Shown here in pieces: positions 1 to 8,566 of a stretch of 64,000 bases of DNA (positions within the stretch are counted from its first letter, which is position 1; each line of letters opens with the position of its first letter). The DNA is taken from contig JBMFSS010000017.1 in the NCBI GenBank assembly GCA_049967415.1, positions 2,030 to 66,029 of the forward strand, read 5' to 3'. Source of the stretch: Candidatus Limnocylindrales bacterium. Its GTDB lineage: Bacteria; Chloroflexota; Limnocylindria; Limnocylindrales; CSP1-4. Under the pieces are notes generated by a model, which saw only the letters and a program-made list of their open reading frames with translations, searched no databases and had not been told where the DNA came from. A program made the position numbers and the translations under genes.

Positions 1-189
1 GTAGCCGAGGAGACGCTCGACCGCGCCGAGTTCGAGAAGATCTTCGCCGATCTTCCCGACCCGCGGAAGGAGCAGGGGGGGCCGACGCCTCGGCCCGTGG
101 CTGCCCCGGCAGGGGGTCCCCGGACGGTTCCGGCAGAGGGCTCCACCCCTCCCGGTCCCGCCCCGGCACCGTCTCCGTCACCCGCCTAG
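1..189 (+). CDS. 3' end of a CDS entering from upstream of the window. The tail resembles the C-terminus of FtsH-type proteases, but this cannot be proven from 62 aa.
   Basis: Frame 1 is open from base 1 to TAG at 187-189. It reads VAEETLDRAEFEKIFADLPDPRKEQ, then a Pro/Ala-rich tail. Absent from the ORF track because there is no start in the window. Confidence 0.35.
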   Translation, partial: VAEETLDRAEFEKIFADLPDPRKEQGGPTPRPVAAPAGGPRTVPAEGSTPPGPAPAPSPSPA

Positions 190-251
190 GAAGCGGCGTT
201 CGGGGCCGTCCGGATGTGACGGCCGCATGCAGTGGGCATCTGAAGGTATGC

Positions 252-280
252 GTAGAGGCGGGTCCCGGGCCCGCCTCTAC
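252..280 (+). terminator. Perfect 11-bp GC-rich hairpin between the upstream CDS and the M20 peptidase gene. Possibly a terminator or a 5' UTR structure.
   Basis: GTAGAGGCGGG-tcccggg-CCCGCCTCTAC. There is no U-tract, and it sits about 10 nt upstream of the AGGAG RBS of the next gene. Confidence 0.35.
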
Positions 281-302
281 GAGTGAAAGAGGAGATCGAG
301 GC

Positions 303-1691
303 ATGGCCGGCCAGTTCGAAGACATCGATGCGCGCCTGGATGAGACCCGGGACGCACGGCTCGCGGACTACCTCGAGTTCCTCAGGATCCCGAGCATATC
401 CACGCTTCCCGCCCACGCCGCCGACTGTGAACGGGCGGCCAGCTTCCTGGCCGAGCACCTGCGGGCCGCCGGGATGGAGCACGTGGAGGTCTCGCCCACC
501 CCCGGGCACCCCGTCGTCTATGCCGACTGGCTGCACGCGCCCGGCGCGCCGACCGTCCTGGTGTACGGGCACTATGACGTCCAGCCGGCCGACCCGATCG
601 ACCTGTGGGCGAGCCCGCCCTTCGAGCCGCGCGTGCACGAGGGCCGCGTGTACGCCCGCGGCGCGTCCGACGACAAGGCGCAGGTACACCTGCATCTCCA
701 GGCCGCGGCCGCCTGGCTGGCCGTGCGGGGGCGCCTCCCCATCAACCTGCGCTACGTGTTCGAGGGGGAGGAGGAGTCGGGCTCCGAACACCTGGATGCG
801 TGGCTGGCCGACAACGCAGCTCGGCTGGCGTCCGACCTGGCGGTGGTCAGCGACACGGGGTTCTTCGAAGGGAACCTGCCGAGCATCACGGTCGGCCTGC
901 GCGGCATCATGTACGCCCAGCTTGACGTGACGGGCCCGGCGCTCGACCTCCATTCGGGCGGGTTCGGCGGCGCGGTGCGGAACCCCGCCACGGTGCTCGC
1001 CGAGATCATCGCCGGTCTGCATGACGCCGACGGCCGGGTCGCGGTGCCGGGCTTCTATGACGACGTCCGGCCGCTCAGCGAGCGGGATCGCGAGGAGCTG
1101 GCGCGCCTGCCTTTCGACGAAGAGGAGTTCCGTGCATCGCTGGGCGTGGATGCGCTCTGGGGCGAGGCCGGATACACCACTCTGGAACGGCGCGGTGCGC
1201 GCCCGACCCTGGACGTGAACGGGCTGTGGGGTGGCTTCCAGGGGCAAGGTGCCAAGACCATCATCCCCGCCCACGCGCATGCCAAGATCAGCTGCCGGCT
1301 GGTCCCGGACCAGGATCCGCAACGGGTCTTTGAGCGCGTCCGGGATCGCGTGCAGGCGCTGGCACCGGCCGGCGTCCACGCGGAGCTGACCATGATTCAC
1401 GGCGGCCGGCCTTCGCTGACCCCCATCGACCATCCGGCGACCCGAGCAGCGGCCGAGTGCCTGCGCGAGGTCTTCGGCCGCGAACCGGTCTACGTCCGCG
1501 AGGGGGGCTCGGTCCCGGTGACCGCCTCGTTCGAGTCGATCCTGGGGCTCCCGGTGGTGCTCCTGGGCTTCACTCCGCCCGACGACCAGGCACACGCCCC
1601 GAACGAATCGATGCGGATCGACAACTACGAGGGAGGGACGCGCACCGTCGTGCGGTATTGGGACGCCCTGGCCAGGACGTCCCTTCGCTGA
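303..1691 (+). CDS. M20 family metallopeptidase / dipeptidase (ArgE/DapE/ACY1 superfamily)
   Basis: Motifs HYDVQPADP, ARGASDDKAQ and EGEEESGSEH. ATG at 303 is preceded by AAGAGGAG, so the track ORF start at 216 is probably an N-terminal over-extension. Confidence 0.85.
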   Translation: MAGQFEDIDARLDETRDARLADYLEFLRIPSISTLPAHAADCERAASFLAEHLRAAGMEHVEVSPTPGHPVVYADWLHAPGAPTVLVYGHYDVQPADPIDLWASPPFEPRVHEGRVYARGASDDKAQVHLHLQAAAAWLAVRGRLPINLRYVFEGEEESGSEHLDAWLADNAARLASDLAVVSDTGFFEGNLPSITVGLRGIMYAQLDVTGPALDLHSGGFGGAVRNPATVLAEIIAGLHDADGRVAVPGFYDDVRPLSERDREELARLPFDEEEFRASLGVDALWGEAGYTTLERRGARPTLDVNGLWGGFQGQGAKTIIPAHAHAKISCRLVPDQDPQRVFERVRDRVQALAPAGVHAELTMIHGGRPSLTPIDHPATRAAAECLREVFGREPVYVREGGSVPVTASFESILGLPVVLLGFTPPDDQAHAPNESMRIDNYEGGTRTVVRYWDALARTSLR

Positions 1692-1760
1692 CGGGCGGGG
1701 CCGGGCGAGCCCGGGCGGATGCTATGATCGGCCAACAGTTCGTTCGGAGGTGAGGACCTG

Positions 1761-2870
1761 GTGGAGACGACTGCAGAGCCGGCGGGCATGCCGGAGGCGC
1801 CCCAGCCCTCCGACGGTGGCGTGACGGCGGCGACGTGGCGGGTCGAGAGCGAGGGGGGCTCCATGCGCCCGCGCTCGGCGATGGACATCCTGGTCACCTT
1901 GAACGAGCGGGTCGCTGCGGGCGACGTGGGCCGGTATCAACCCGTCCCCCTCGGGTTCACGCCGCTCGACAAGACCATCGGGGGTGGCATCCGCCCCGGC
2001 GAGATGCTCCTGCTGGGCGGCGCGCAGGGCACGGGCAAGACCACCATGGCGCTCCAGATGGCACGCAACATCGTCTCCGGCGGCCTTGCCAACGTCCTCT
2101 ATATCTGCTTCGAGCACGACGAGGAGTACCTGCTCAACCGGCTCATCGCGCTCGAATCGGCACTCGCCCACCTGCCGCAGACCACCGGCGCCATCAAGAT
2201 CCAGGACGTGCGGCGGGAGATCCTGGGAAGCTGGATGGCGGAAGGAGAGGCGGGCCGCGAGCTGGTGACGAACCCGCGCCTGCGGCCGGCCCTGGAACGC
2301 ATTGGGCGCTACGGTGACGGGCTCTTCCTGCTCCGGGGGTCGCAGACCGCGTCCACGGTCGAGAACATGCGGACCTTGGTGCGCCAACACCGCGTGCTAT
2401 CGAACGATCGCCCGCTGGTGGTGTTCGTGGACTACCTGCAGAAAGTGCCGGTCATCCCGGAACCGCCCACCGAAACCGAGAAGGTCACCTACGTGGTCAA
2501 TGGCCTGAAGGACGTCGCGCTGTCCGAAGAGGTCCCGCTGGTGGCGATCGTGGCGGCGGACAAGGAGGGGCTGAAGGCCACCCGCCTCCGCAACCACCAC
2601 CTGCGAGGCTCCTCGGCCATCAACTACGAAGCTGACATCATCCTCATCCTGAACGAGAAGTACCACATCGTGGCCAAGGTCAACATCGAGTTCAACCCGT
2701 ACCAGGCGCAGCGTTTCCGCGACTGGATCGTGGCCTCCGTGGAGAAGAACCGGGGCGGGAAGGACAACGTGGACCTGGAGTTCGAGAAACACTTCGAGTA
2801 CTCCTGCTTCGATCCGGACGGACGGACCGTGCAGGAGAAGCTGATCGAAGAGCGCCTCTACAACGACTGA
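1761..2870 (+). CDS. Stand-alone DnaB C-terminal-domain-like (RecA-fold, KaiC/RadA/DnaB superfamily) ATPase lacking a DnaB N-terminal domain
   Basis: GFTPLDKTIGGGIRPGEMLLLGGAQGTGKTTMALQMA (Walker A) and LVVFVDYLQKV (Walker B). GGAGG lies 10 nt before GTG 1761, and TATGAT is at about 1722. Confidence 0.7.
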   Translation: METTAEPAGMPEAPQPSDGGVTAATWRVESEGGSMRPRSAMDILVTLNERVAAGDVGRYQPVPLGFTPLDKTIGGGIRPGEMLLLGGAQGTGKTTMALQMARNIVSGGLANVLYICFEHDEEYLLNRLIALESALAHLPQTTGAIKIQDVRREILGSWMAEGEAGRELVTNPRLRPALERIGRYGDGLFLLRGSQTASTVENMRTLVRQHRVLSNDRPLVVFVDYLQKVPVIPEPPTETEKVTYVVNGLKDVALSEEVPLVAIVAADKEGLKATRLRNHHLRGSSAINYEADIILILNEKYHIVAKVNIEFNPYQAQRFRDWIVASVEKNRGGKDNVDLEFEKHFEYSCFDPDGRTVQEKLIEERLYND

Positions 2871-2874
2871 TCCG

Positions 2875-3417
2875 ATGCTGCCGTCTGACCGTTTTCCCGA
2901 GATTCTCGAGGCCGTCATCGAGATCCCGGCCGGAAGCCGGAACAAGTACGAGTTTGACGAACGCCACCGGGTGTTTCGCCTGGACCGGGTTCTGAGCTCG
3001 GCTGTCTACTACAACTTCGACTATGGCTTCGTCGAGGGGACACGCGCGGATGATGGCGACCACACGGACGTGATGGTGCTGATCGCGCAGCCCACCTTCA
3101 CCGGCTGCCGGATCTGGACCCGTCCGGTAGGCGGGCTGGCGATGCGTGACGAGCACGGCGATGACTTCAAGGTGCTGGGCGTCGCGCTGGCCGATCCGCT
3201 GTATGCCCACGTCGAGGCCCTGGGTGACGTCTCACCCCACCGGTTGATCGAGATCGAACATTTCTTCCAGACGTACAAGCTCCTCGAGAACAAGGCGGTG
3301 GAGGTGCTGGGCTGGCGGGACCGGCAAGCGGCCCTGCGCCTCCTGGCCGCGGATCGCGCGCGTTGGCAGCGCGAGAGCGCAGGCGAGGACGAAGCACGGC
3401 CCGCCCCGGGAGCATGA
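2875..3417 (+). CDS. ppa: Inorganic pyrophosphatase, family I
   Basis: Motifs EIPAGSRNKYEFD, DYGFVEGT and DDGDHTDVMVL; about 180 aa. Confidence 0.92.
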   Translation: MLPSDRFPEILEAVIEIPAGSRNKYEFDERHRVFRLDRVLSSAVYYNFDYGFVEGTRADDGDHTDVMVLIAQPTFTGCRIWTRPVGGLAMRDEHGDDFKVLGVALADPLYAHVEALGDVSPHRLIEIEHFFQTYKLLENKAVEVLGWRDRQAALRLLAADRARWQRESAGEDEARPAPGA

Positions 3418-4286
3418 CGAGCGCGATGCCGGAGCCTGTACCGACCAGCGCGGTCCCGCCGCGCATCCACCCGCGCCCCGAGCTGGTCTTTTTCGACATC
3501 GGCGATACGCTCCTGCGGGTGGACCCATCCTGGACCGGCGCCTACCTGGCCGCGGCCACCTCGTGGGGGCTCCGGGTGGACGCCACCGCGCTGGCCAGGT
3601 CCTTCGCGCAGGCTCTGGGCGAGGGTCTCTGGGACGCTCCGGGCCCCTTTGAGGCGACTCCCGAGGGGTCGTATCAGCGGATCAAGCAGTTCGACGTGCG
3701 GGCGATGGCGCTGCTGGGCTACCCGGACTTGCCTGACGCGTTCTACCGGCACCTCGGCCGCTTCTTCGAGCGGCGCGCGGCCTGGTATGTATTTCCGGAC
3801 GTGGTCCCGGCGCTGCAGGCGCTGGCCGCCGCGGGGATACGGCGAGCCGTGATCAGCAACTGGGTCTGGGCGCTGCCCGAGCTCTTGCACGACCTTGATC
3901 TCTCGCGCTACTTCGAGGTGATCGTGGCCTCTGCGCGGGTCGGGTACGTGAAGCCGCAGCGACAGATCTTCGACCACGCGCTGGAGATGGCCGGTGTGCG
4001 CCCGGAGCAGGCGATTCACGTGGGTGACAGCACCGAGGCTGACGTGGCGGGCGCGAGTGCGGCAGGGATCCGGCCGGTCTTGCTGGATCGCGCTCGCCGG
4101 TACCCGGGCGGGTATCTGGATGGCCTCGAGGTCCCGGTAGTCCACGACCTGTTCGACCTGCTGGATGCGCTGGGCGTGCGCGCGGCGACCGGGGCGCCCG
4201 TGTTCGCGACCGAAGAAGCGGGATCCCCGGCCGGTCATCCGGCGACCGGGACGGGGGTACCGCCCGAGCCGACGGAACCGCGGTGA
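3414..4286 (+). CDS. HAD superfamily hydrolase (subfamily IA, REG-2-like motif I)
   Basis: Motifs VFFDIGDTLL, VISNW and HVGDSTEADVAGA. ATG 3414 overlaps the ppa stop (ATGA). Confidence 0.75.
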   Translation: MTSAMPEPVPTSAVPPRIHPRPELVFFDIGDTLLRVDPSWTGAYLAAATSWGLRVDATALARSFAQALGEGLWDAPGPFEATPEGSYQRIKQFDVRAMALLGYPDLPDAFYRHLGRFFERRAAWYVFPDVVPALQALAAAGIRRAVISNWVWALPELLHDLDLSRYFEVIVASARVGYVKPQRQIFDHALEMAGVRPEQAIHVGDSTEADVAGASAAGIRPVLLDRARRYPGGYLDGLEVPVVHDLFDLLDALGVRAATGAPVFATEEAGSPAGHPATGTGVPPEPTEPR

Positions 4287-4954
4287 GCGAGGAGACCTGG
4301 CGGCTCTTCGTCGCGATCCCGGTCCCGGATGCGGTGCGAGCCGCCCTGGCCGCGGCCGTGCAGCCCGTGCGGCAAAGGCTGCCGGCGGCGCGATGGCAAT
4401 CTCCCGACACGTGGCACCTGACGCTGCGGTTTCTGGGGGAGACCGAAAGGGCCGCTGTCCCCGGTCTCGAGCGGGCTGTCCGGGAGACGGCCGCTTCGGG
4501 TGGACCCTTTCGGCTCGCGCTCGGCGAGGCGGGCTCGTTCGAGCGGCGGGGGCGCGGGCGGGTCGCCTGGATCGGCCTTGCCTCGGGCGCCCCGGAGGTG
4601 GAGCGCCTGGCCCAGCGGCTGGCCCTCGCATGCGGGGCCCCGGCGGAGGCCACGCTGCCGGTCCAGGTCCACCTGACCGTCGCTCGGGATGCTCCGGACG
4701 ATCTCGTGGGGGCACTTGCCGGAGCGCTCGAGGCCGTGCGCGCGAGGAACTCGCCGGCCGGTCGACCGGGACGGGTCGGGCTGGGTTCCGGGGTACGGAA
4801 TGGGCCGGAAGACGCCGGGCCGCTGGCCTGGATCGCGGATCGGCTGGTCCTCTACCGGAGTCAGCTGGACCGTGCCGGCGCGCGCCACACGCCGGTCTTC
4901 GAGGCGCGGCTTGGTGACCGGTCCGGGGTTGCGGAAGAGGCGGCGGGCCGCTAG
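4283..4954 (+). CDS. thpR: RNA 2',3'-cyclic phosphodiesterase (2H phosphoesterase, LigT/ThpR)
   Basis: Two HxT motifs, HLTLRFLG and HLTVAR. The GTG start overlaps the previous stop (GTGA). Confidence 0.8.
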   Translation: MSEETWRLFVAIPVPDAVRAALAAAVQPVRQRLPAARWQSPDTWHLTLRFLGETERAAVPGLERAVRETAASGGPFRLALGEAGSFERRGRGRVAWIGLASGAPEVERLAQRLALACGAPAEATLPVQVHLTVARDAPDDLVGALAGALEAVRARNSPAGRPGRVGLGSGVRNGPEDAGPLAWIADRLVLYRSQLDRAGARHTPVFEARLGDRSGVAEEAAGR

Positions 4955-4959
4955 ATTAC

Positions 4960-5250
4960 CGGGCACCAGTCGTTGACCGGGAGGAGTACCCGTCAACCGC
5001 GGGCCACAGCGAGCCGGGATGGTGTGAGCCGGTGCCGGCAGCGGGGCGGAGAATGGACCCGTGAGACGCTCGCCTGAACCGCGGACCGCTGGTCACGGCG
5101 TAGGGCGAGCCGGAGGCCCACCGTTAGCGCAGGGCAGGTTCGGCGTTTCAGGACCCCGGACCGCGGAATGAGCGGCCGCCGCACGGCCGGAACGAAGGGT
5201 GGCACCACGAGGTCTGGGCCTCGTCCCTCGCGGGACGGGGTTGTTTTCGT
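4960..5250 (+). promoter_or_regulatory. T-box riboswitch leader, Trp (UGG) specifier, terminator/antiterminator type
   Basis: Elements in canonical order:
- AG-bay-like AGCGA, 5008-5012
- distal-loop-like GGTGTGA, 5021-5027
- GAA-UGG-A specifier, 5051-5057
- F-box CCGTTA, 5121-5126
- T-box core GGGTGGCACCACG, 5197-5209
- antiterminator helix ACGAGG/CCTCGT, mutually exclusive with the 9-bp terminator at 5219-5240 plus TTGTTTTCGT. Confidence 0.7.
5219..5250 (+). terminator. Intrinsic terminator of the T-box expression platform
   Basis: CCTCGTCCC-tcgc-GGGACGGGG followed by TTGTTTTCGT. This is one of the very few T-tracts in the window. Confidence 0.7.
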
Positions 5251-5291
5251 ATCGTTGGGCCGCAGCGCCCGCAGCGAGAGGTGCACCCGCC

Positions 5292-6650
5292 ATGTCCGGC
5301 CAGACCAAGTTCCTGCTCGACGAATCCCGCATCCCGCGCGCCTGGTACAACATCGTTCCCGACCTGCCGGTGCCCCCGGCCCCGGTCCTGCACCCCGTCA
5401 CCGGCCAGCCCGTCGGCCCGGACGACCTCGCCCCGATCTTCCCCATGGGGCTGATCGCGCAGGAGGTGAGCGCCGAGCCGGAGATCGAGATCCCGGGTCC
5501 GGTGCGCGACGCCTATCGGCTCTACCGACCCGCACCGCTCTACCGGGCGCACCGTCTGGAGCGGGCGCTCGACACGCCGGCGCACATCTACTACAAGTAC
5601 GAGGGCACCAGCCCGGCCGGGAGCCACAAGCCGAACACGGCCATTCCCCAGGCCTTCTACAACCAGCAGGAGGGGGTGCGTCGCCTGGCAACCGAGACCG
5701 GTGCGGGCCAGTGGGGCAGCGCGCTGGCATCGGCCGGAGCGCTCTTCGGCCTGGAGGTCAAGGTCTACATGGTGCGCGCCAGCTACGACCAGAAGCCGTA
5801 CCGGCGCAACCTGATGGAGCTCTATGGTGCGGAGGTGGTGGCCAGCCCGAGTTCCACCACGGCGTTCGGCCGCCAGATCCTGCGGGAACACCCGGACAGC
5901 CCTGGTTCGCTGGGCATCGCGATCAGCGAGGCGGTGGAGGATGCCGTGGGCCGCGATGACACCCGCTACGCGCTGGGGTCGGTGCTGAACCACGTCCTGC
6001 TGCACCAGACCGTGATCGGCCTCGAGGCGATCGAGCAGATGGAGATGGCCGGCGAACGCCCGGACACCATCATCGGGTGCGTGGGTGGCGGGTCGAACTT
6101 CGCGGGCCTGGCATTTCCCTTCGTGGGTCAGATGCTGCGCGGCGAGGCCTCCTACCGCTTCATCGCCGTCGAGCCGGAGGCAGCCCCCAGCCTGACCAAG
6201 GGCGTCTACGAGTACGACTACGGGGATGCCGCGCGCCTCACGCCGATGGTCAAGATGTATACCCTGGGGCATGACTTCGTGCCGGAGCCGATCCATGCCG
6301 GCGGACTCCGCTACCACGGCATGTCGCCCCTGGTGAGCCTGCTCAAGGCAGAGGGCGTGATCGAGGCTCGCGCGGTGCATCAGCGTCCCACGTTCGAGGC
6401 GGGCGTCCAGTTCGCGCGTAGCGAGGGGATCGCGCCAGCTCCCGAGTCGGCCCACGCCATCCGGGCCGCCATCGACGAGGCTCTGGAGGCGCGCGCGCAG
6501 GGGACGCCCCGGGTCATCCTGTTCGGGCTCTCGGGGCACGGCCACTTCGACCTGTCGTCGTACGAACGGTACCTGGCCGGCCAGCTGGAAGACTACGAGT
6601 ATCCCGTCGAGCGGGTGCGTGACGCGCTGGCGGCGGTCCCGGCCGTCTGA
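5292..6650 (+). CDS. trpB2: TrpB-like PLP-dependent enzyme (tryptophan synthase beta chain, type 2)
   Basis: [27 protein letters not shown]-terminus, [18 protein letters not shown] (PLP lysine) and [12 protein letters not shown]; about 450 aa. No trpA is adjacent. Confidence 0.88.
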   Translation: MSGQTKFLLDESRIPRAWYNIVPDLPVPPAPVLHPVTGQPVGPDDLAPIFPMGLIAQEVSAEPEIEIPGPVRDAYRLYRPAPLYRAHRLERALDTPAHIYYKYEGTSPAGSHKPNTAIPQAFYNQQEGVRRLATETGAGQWGSALASAGALFGLEVKVYMVRASYDQKPYRRNLMELYGAEVVASPSSTTAFGRQILREHPDSPGSLGIAISEAVEDAVGRDDTRYALGSVLNHVLLHQTVIGLEAIEQMEMAGERPDTIIGCVGGGSNFAGLAFPFVGQMLRGEASYRFIAVEPEAAPSLTKGVYEYDYGDAARLTPMVKMYTLGHDFVPEPIHAGGLRYHGMSPLVSLLKAEGVIEARAVHQRPTFEAGVQFARSEGIAPAPESAHAIRAAIDEALEARAQGTPRVILFGLSGHGHFDLSSYERYLAGQLEDYEYPVERVRDALAAVPAV

Positions 6651-6691
6651 GTCTCGCTCCATGCTGCCTCAAGGTGTGAGAGAGTTGGGAC

Positions 6692-6937
6692 ATGCCATCC
6701 CTCGCCTGCCGAAGCTGTGGTCGGCGGATCTATGTGACGAGCTCCCTGGACCGGCTCCTCCCTGACGAGCGCCGCTGCCCGCGCTGCGGGGCGCTCATGG
6801 ACGTGGAGCGGCGCGATCATGAGCGGCGCCAGCTGGTGCGTCGCCAGAACCCGCCGCTCGAGCCGGGGCCACCGGACCAGGAGGAGCGCCGCGCGGGCGA
6901 GCGGCGCTCCGGCACGGATCGCCGCCGCCGTTCGTAG
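6692..6937 (+). CDS. Small zinc-ribbon protein with an Arg/Glu-rich tail (hypothetical)
   Basis: CRSCG..(20)..CPRCG followed by ERRDHERRQLVRRQ...ERRAGERRSGTDRRRRS. High GC3 in this frame. No family recognised. Confidence 0.45.
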   Translation: MPSLACRSCGRRIYVTSSLDRLLPDERRCPRCGALMDVERRDHERRQLVRRQNPPLEPGPPDQEERRAGERRSGTDRRRRS

Positions 6938-7008
6938 CGCCCGGTGCCGCCTCGCACCCGGGGCGGCAGGACCCACGCCCGGGACGGCACGCGGGCCGTT
7001 CCGACCGG

Positions 7009-7014
7009 TACACT
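7009..7014 (+). promoter_or_regulatory. -10 box (TACACT) 6 nt before the tyrA ATG; leaderless-type promoter
   Basis: TACACTgcactgATG with no Shine-Dalgarno sequence. Confidence 0.45.
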
Positions 7015-7020
7015 GCACTG

Positions 7021-7896
7021 ATGCGCCTCGCGATCATCGGGTTCGGGCTCATCGGCGGCTCGGTCGCCCGCGCGCTCGCGGCCCGGGATGCGGGCCGCTG
7101 GCACGTGACCGCCTGGAGCCGCTCGAACGCGGGGCCCGGGGCGGCGCTGGCGGACGGCGTGATCGACGCGGTGGCACCCTCGGCCACCGCGGCTTTGGCG
7201 GGAAGCGAGCTTGTCCTGCTCGCTGCGAGCCCCCTGGCCAACCTCGAGCTGGTCGCGCGGGTTGGACCGATGGTGGCCCTGGACGGCGCCACGCTCTCCG
7301 ACGTCACCTCCGCGCAGGTGGCGATCGGCCGGGCCGCTGCCGCCGTGCCGGGGCTGCACCATGTCGGTGGGCACCCGATGGCGGGCCTGGAGGCAAGCGG
7401 CTACGACGCCGCCCGCGCCGACCTGTTTGCCGGGCGCCCCTGGATCGTGGTTGCCGGGGAGTCGAGCCGCCCGGAGGACGTCGAGCGGGTACGGACCCTC
7501 GCCCTGGCCTGCGGCGCGCGGCCGGTCGAGCTGGGGGCGGAAGACCACGACCGCCTGGTGGCGGCCGTCAGCCATCTCCCCATGCTCGTCGCGGCGGCGC
7601 TCGCCGAGGTGGTGACGGCGAGCGACGACTGGTCCCGGGCCGCCGACCTTTCGGCAGGCGGCTGGCGGGACAGCACGCGGCTTGCGCGGGGGGATCCGGA
7701 GCTCGGGGCCGGCATCGCGGCCCTCAATCGGGACCGCCTCCTCGCCTGGCTGGATCGTTATCTCGAGGTCCTGGCGTCCTGGCGGGAGATGTTGTCGGGC
7801 ATCCCGGACGAGCCCGACCCTGCAGCGGTGAAGATCCTTGAGGCGCGGTTCGCGAGCGTGCGTGCCGCGCTCGGGCTCTGGCCCGGGCGTGGCTGA
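7021..7896 (+). CDS. tyrA: Prephenate/arogenate dehydrogenase
   Basis: MRLAIIGFGLIGGSVARAL Rossmann motif, HHVGGHPMAG, and a C-terminal helical domain. Confidence 0.85.
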   Translation: MRLAIIGFGLIGGSVARALAARDAGRWHVTAWSRSNAGPGAALADGVIDAVAPSATAALAGSELVLLAASPLANLELVARVGPMVALDGATLSDVTSAQVAIGRAAAAVPGLHHVGGHPMAGLEASGYDAARADLFAGRPWIVVAGESSRPEDVERVRTLALACGARPVELGAEDHDRLVAAVSHLPMLVAAALAEVVTASDDWSRAADLSAGGWRDSTRLARGDPELGAGIAALNRDRLLAWLDRYLEVLASWREMLSGIPDEPDPAAVKILEARFASVRAALGLWPGRG

Positions 7897-8473
7897 GGCA
7901 GAGCGCGTCCTGGGTGTGCCACGGGCGATTCTGCCCGCGGGCGGGAGCTGGTACGGCCTCCTCCGGGACGGGGCAACCGGGACGATCGAGGCGGCGTTCC
8001 GGGCGGCGTCCTTTCGCCCGCGTGCCGAGGCCGAGACGGACGTCACCTGGAAACAGCTCATTCCATACCTGGTGCTGCGGGACGGCCGCCGCATCTTCCT
8101 GATGCGCCGCACCCGCCGCGGTGGGGACACGCGTCTCTACGGCCGCTACACCATCGGGGTGGGTGGGCACGTGAATCCCGGCGACCGTAGCCTGGAGGAC
8201 GCGCTCCGGCGCGAGTGGCACGAGGAGCTGGAGGCGCAATTCGAGCCCGACGTCCATCTCGTGGGGCTGCTCAATGATGACAGCGATCCGGTTGGAGCGG
8301 TCCACCTGGGCGTGGTCTACGAGGCAGACGCGGGCGGCCGAGCTGCGAGCGTGCGCGAGAGCGAGAAACTGCAGGGAGGTTTCGCTTCTCCCGAGGAGCT
8401 CCTGCGGGCGCAGGATCGCATGGAAACTTGGAGCCGGCTCCTCGTCGCCGCGCTGCTGGAGCCGGGCGGCTGA
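7889..8473 (+). CDS. NUDIX family hydrolase
   Basis: Nudix box GGHVNPGDRSLEDALRREWHEELE. I place the start at GTG 7889, overlapping the tyrA stop. The track start at 7838 is also possible. Confidence 0.7.
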   Translation: MAEAERVLGVPRAILPAGGSWYGLLRDGATGTIEAAFRAASFRPRAEAETDVTWKQLIPYLVLRDGRRIFLMRRTRRGGDTRLYGRYTIGVGGHVNPGDRSLEDALRREWHEELEAQFEPDVHLVGLLNDDSDPVGAVHLGVVYEADAGGRAASVRESEKLQGGFASPEELLRAQDRMETWSRLLVAALLEPGG

Positions 8474-8566
8474 CCGGGCAGCCAGGCCGCCGGTGTGAGC
8501 CGCCCGATTGCCTGGTCCACCCGGCCCTTGGGGGCGCGCCGTAGGATGAAGCGGGAGGCACGCGCG

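Noticed and set aside
4973-4978. TTGACC as a -35 box for the T-box leader
   Set aside because: No acceptable -10 hexamer lies 16-18 nt downstream. TAGATT at 4952-4957, which overlaps the thpR stop, is a better promoter candidate. Read-through from thpR is also possible.
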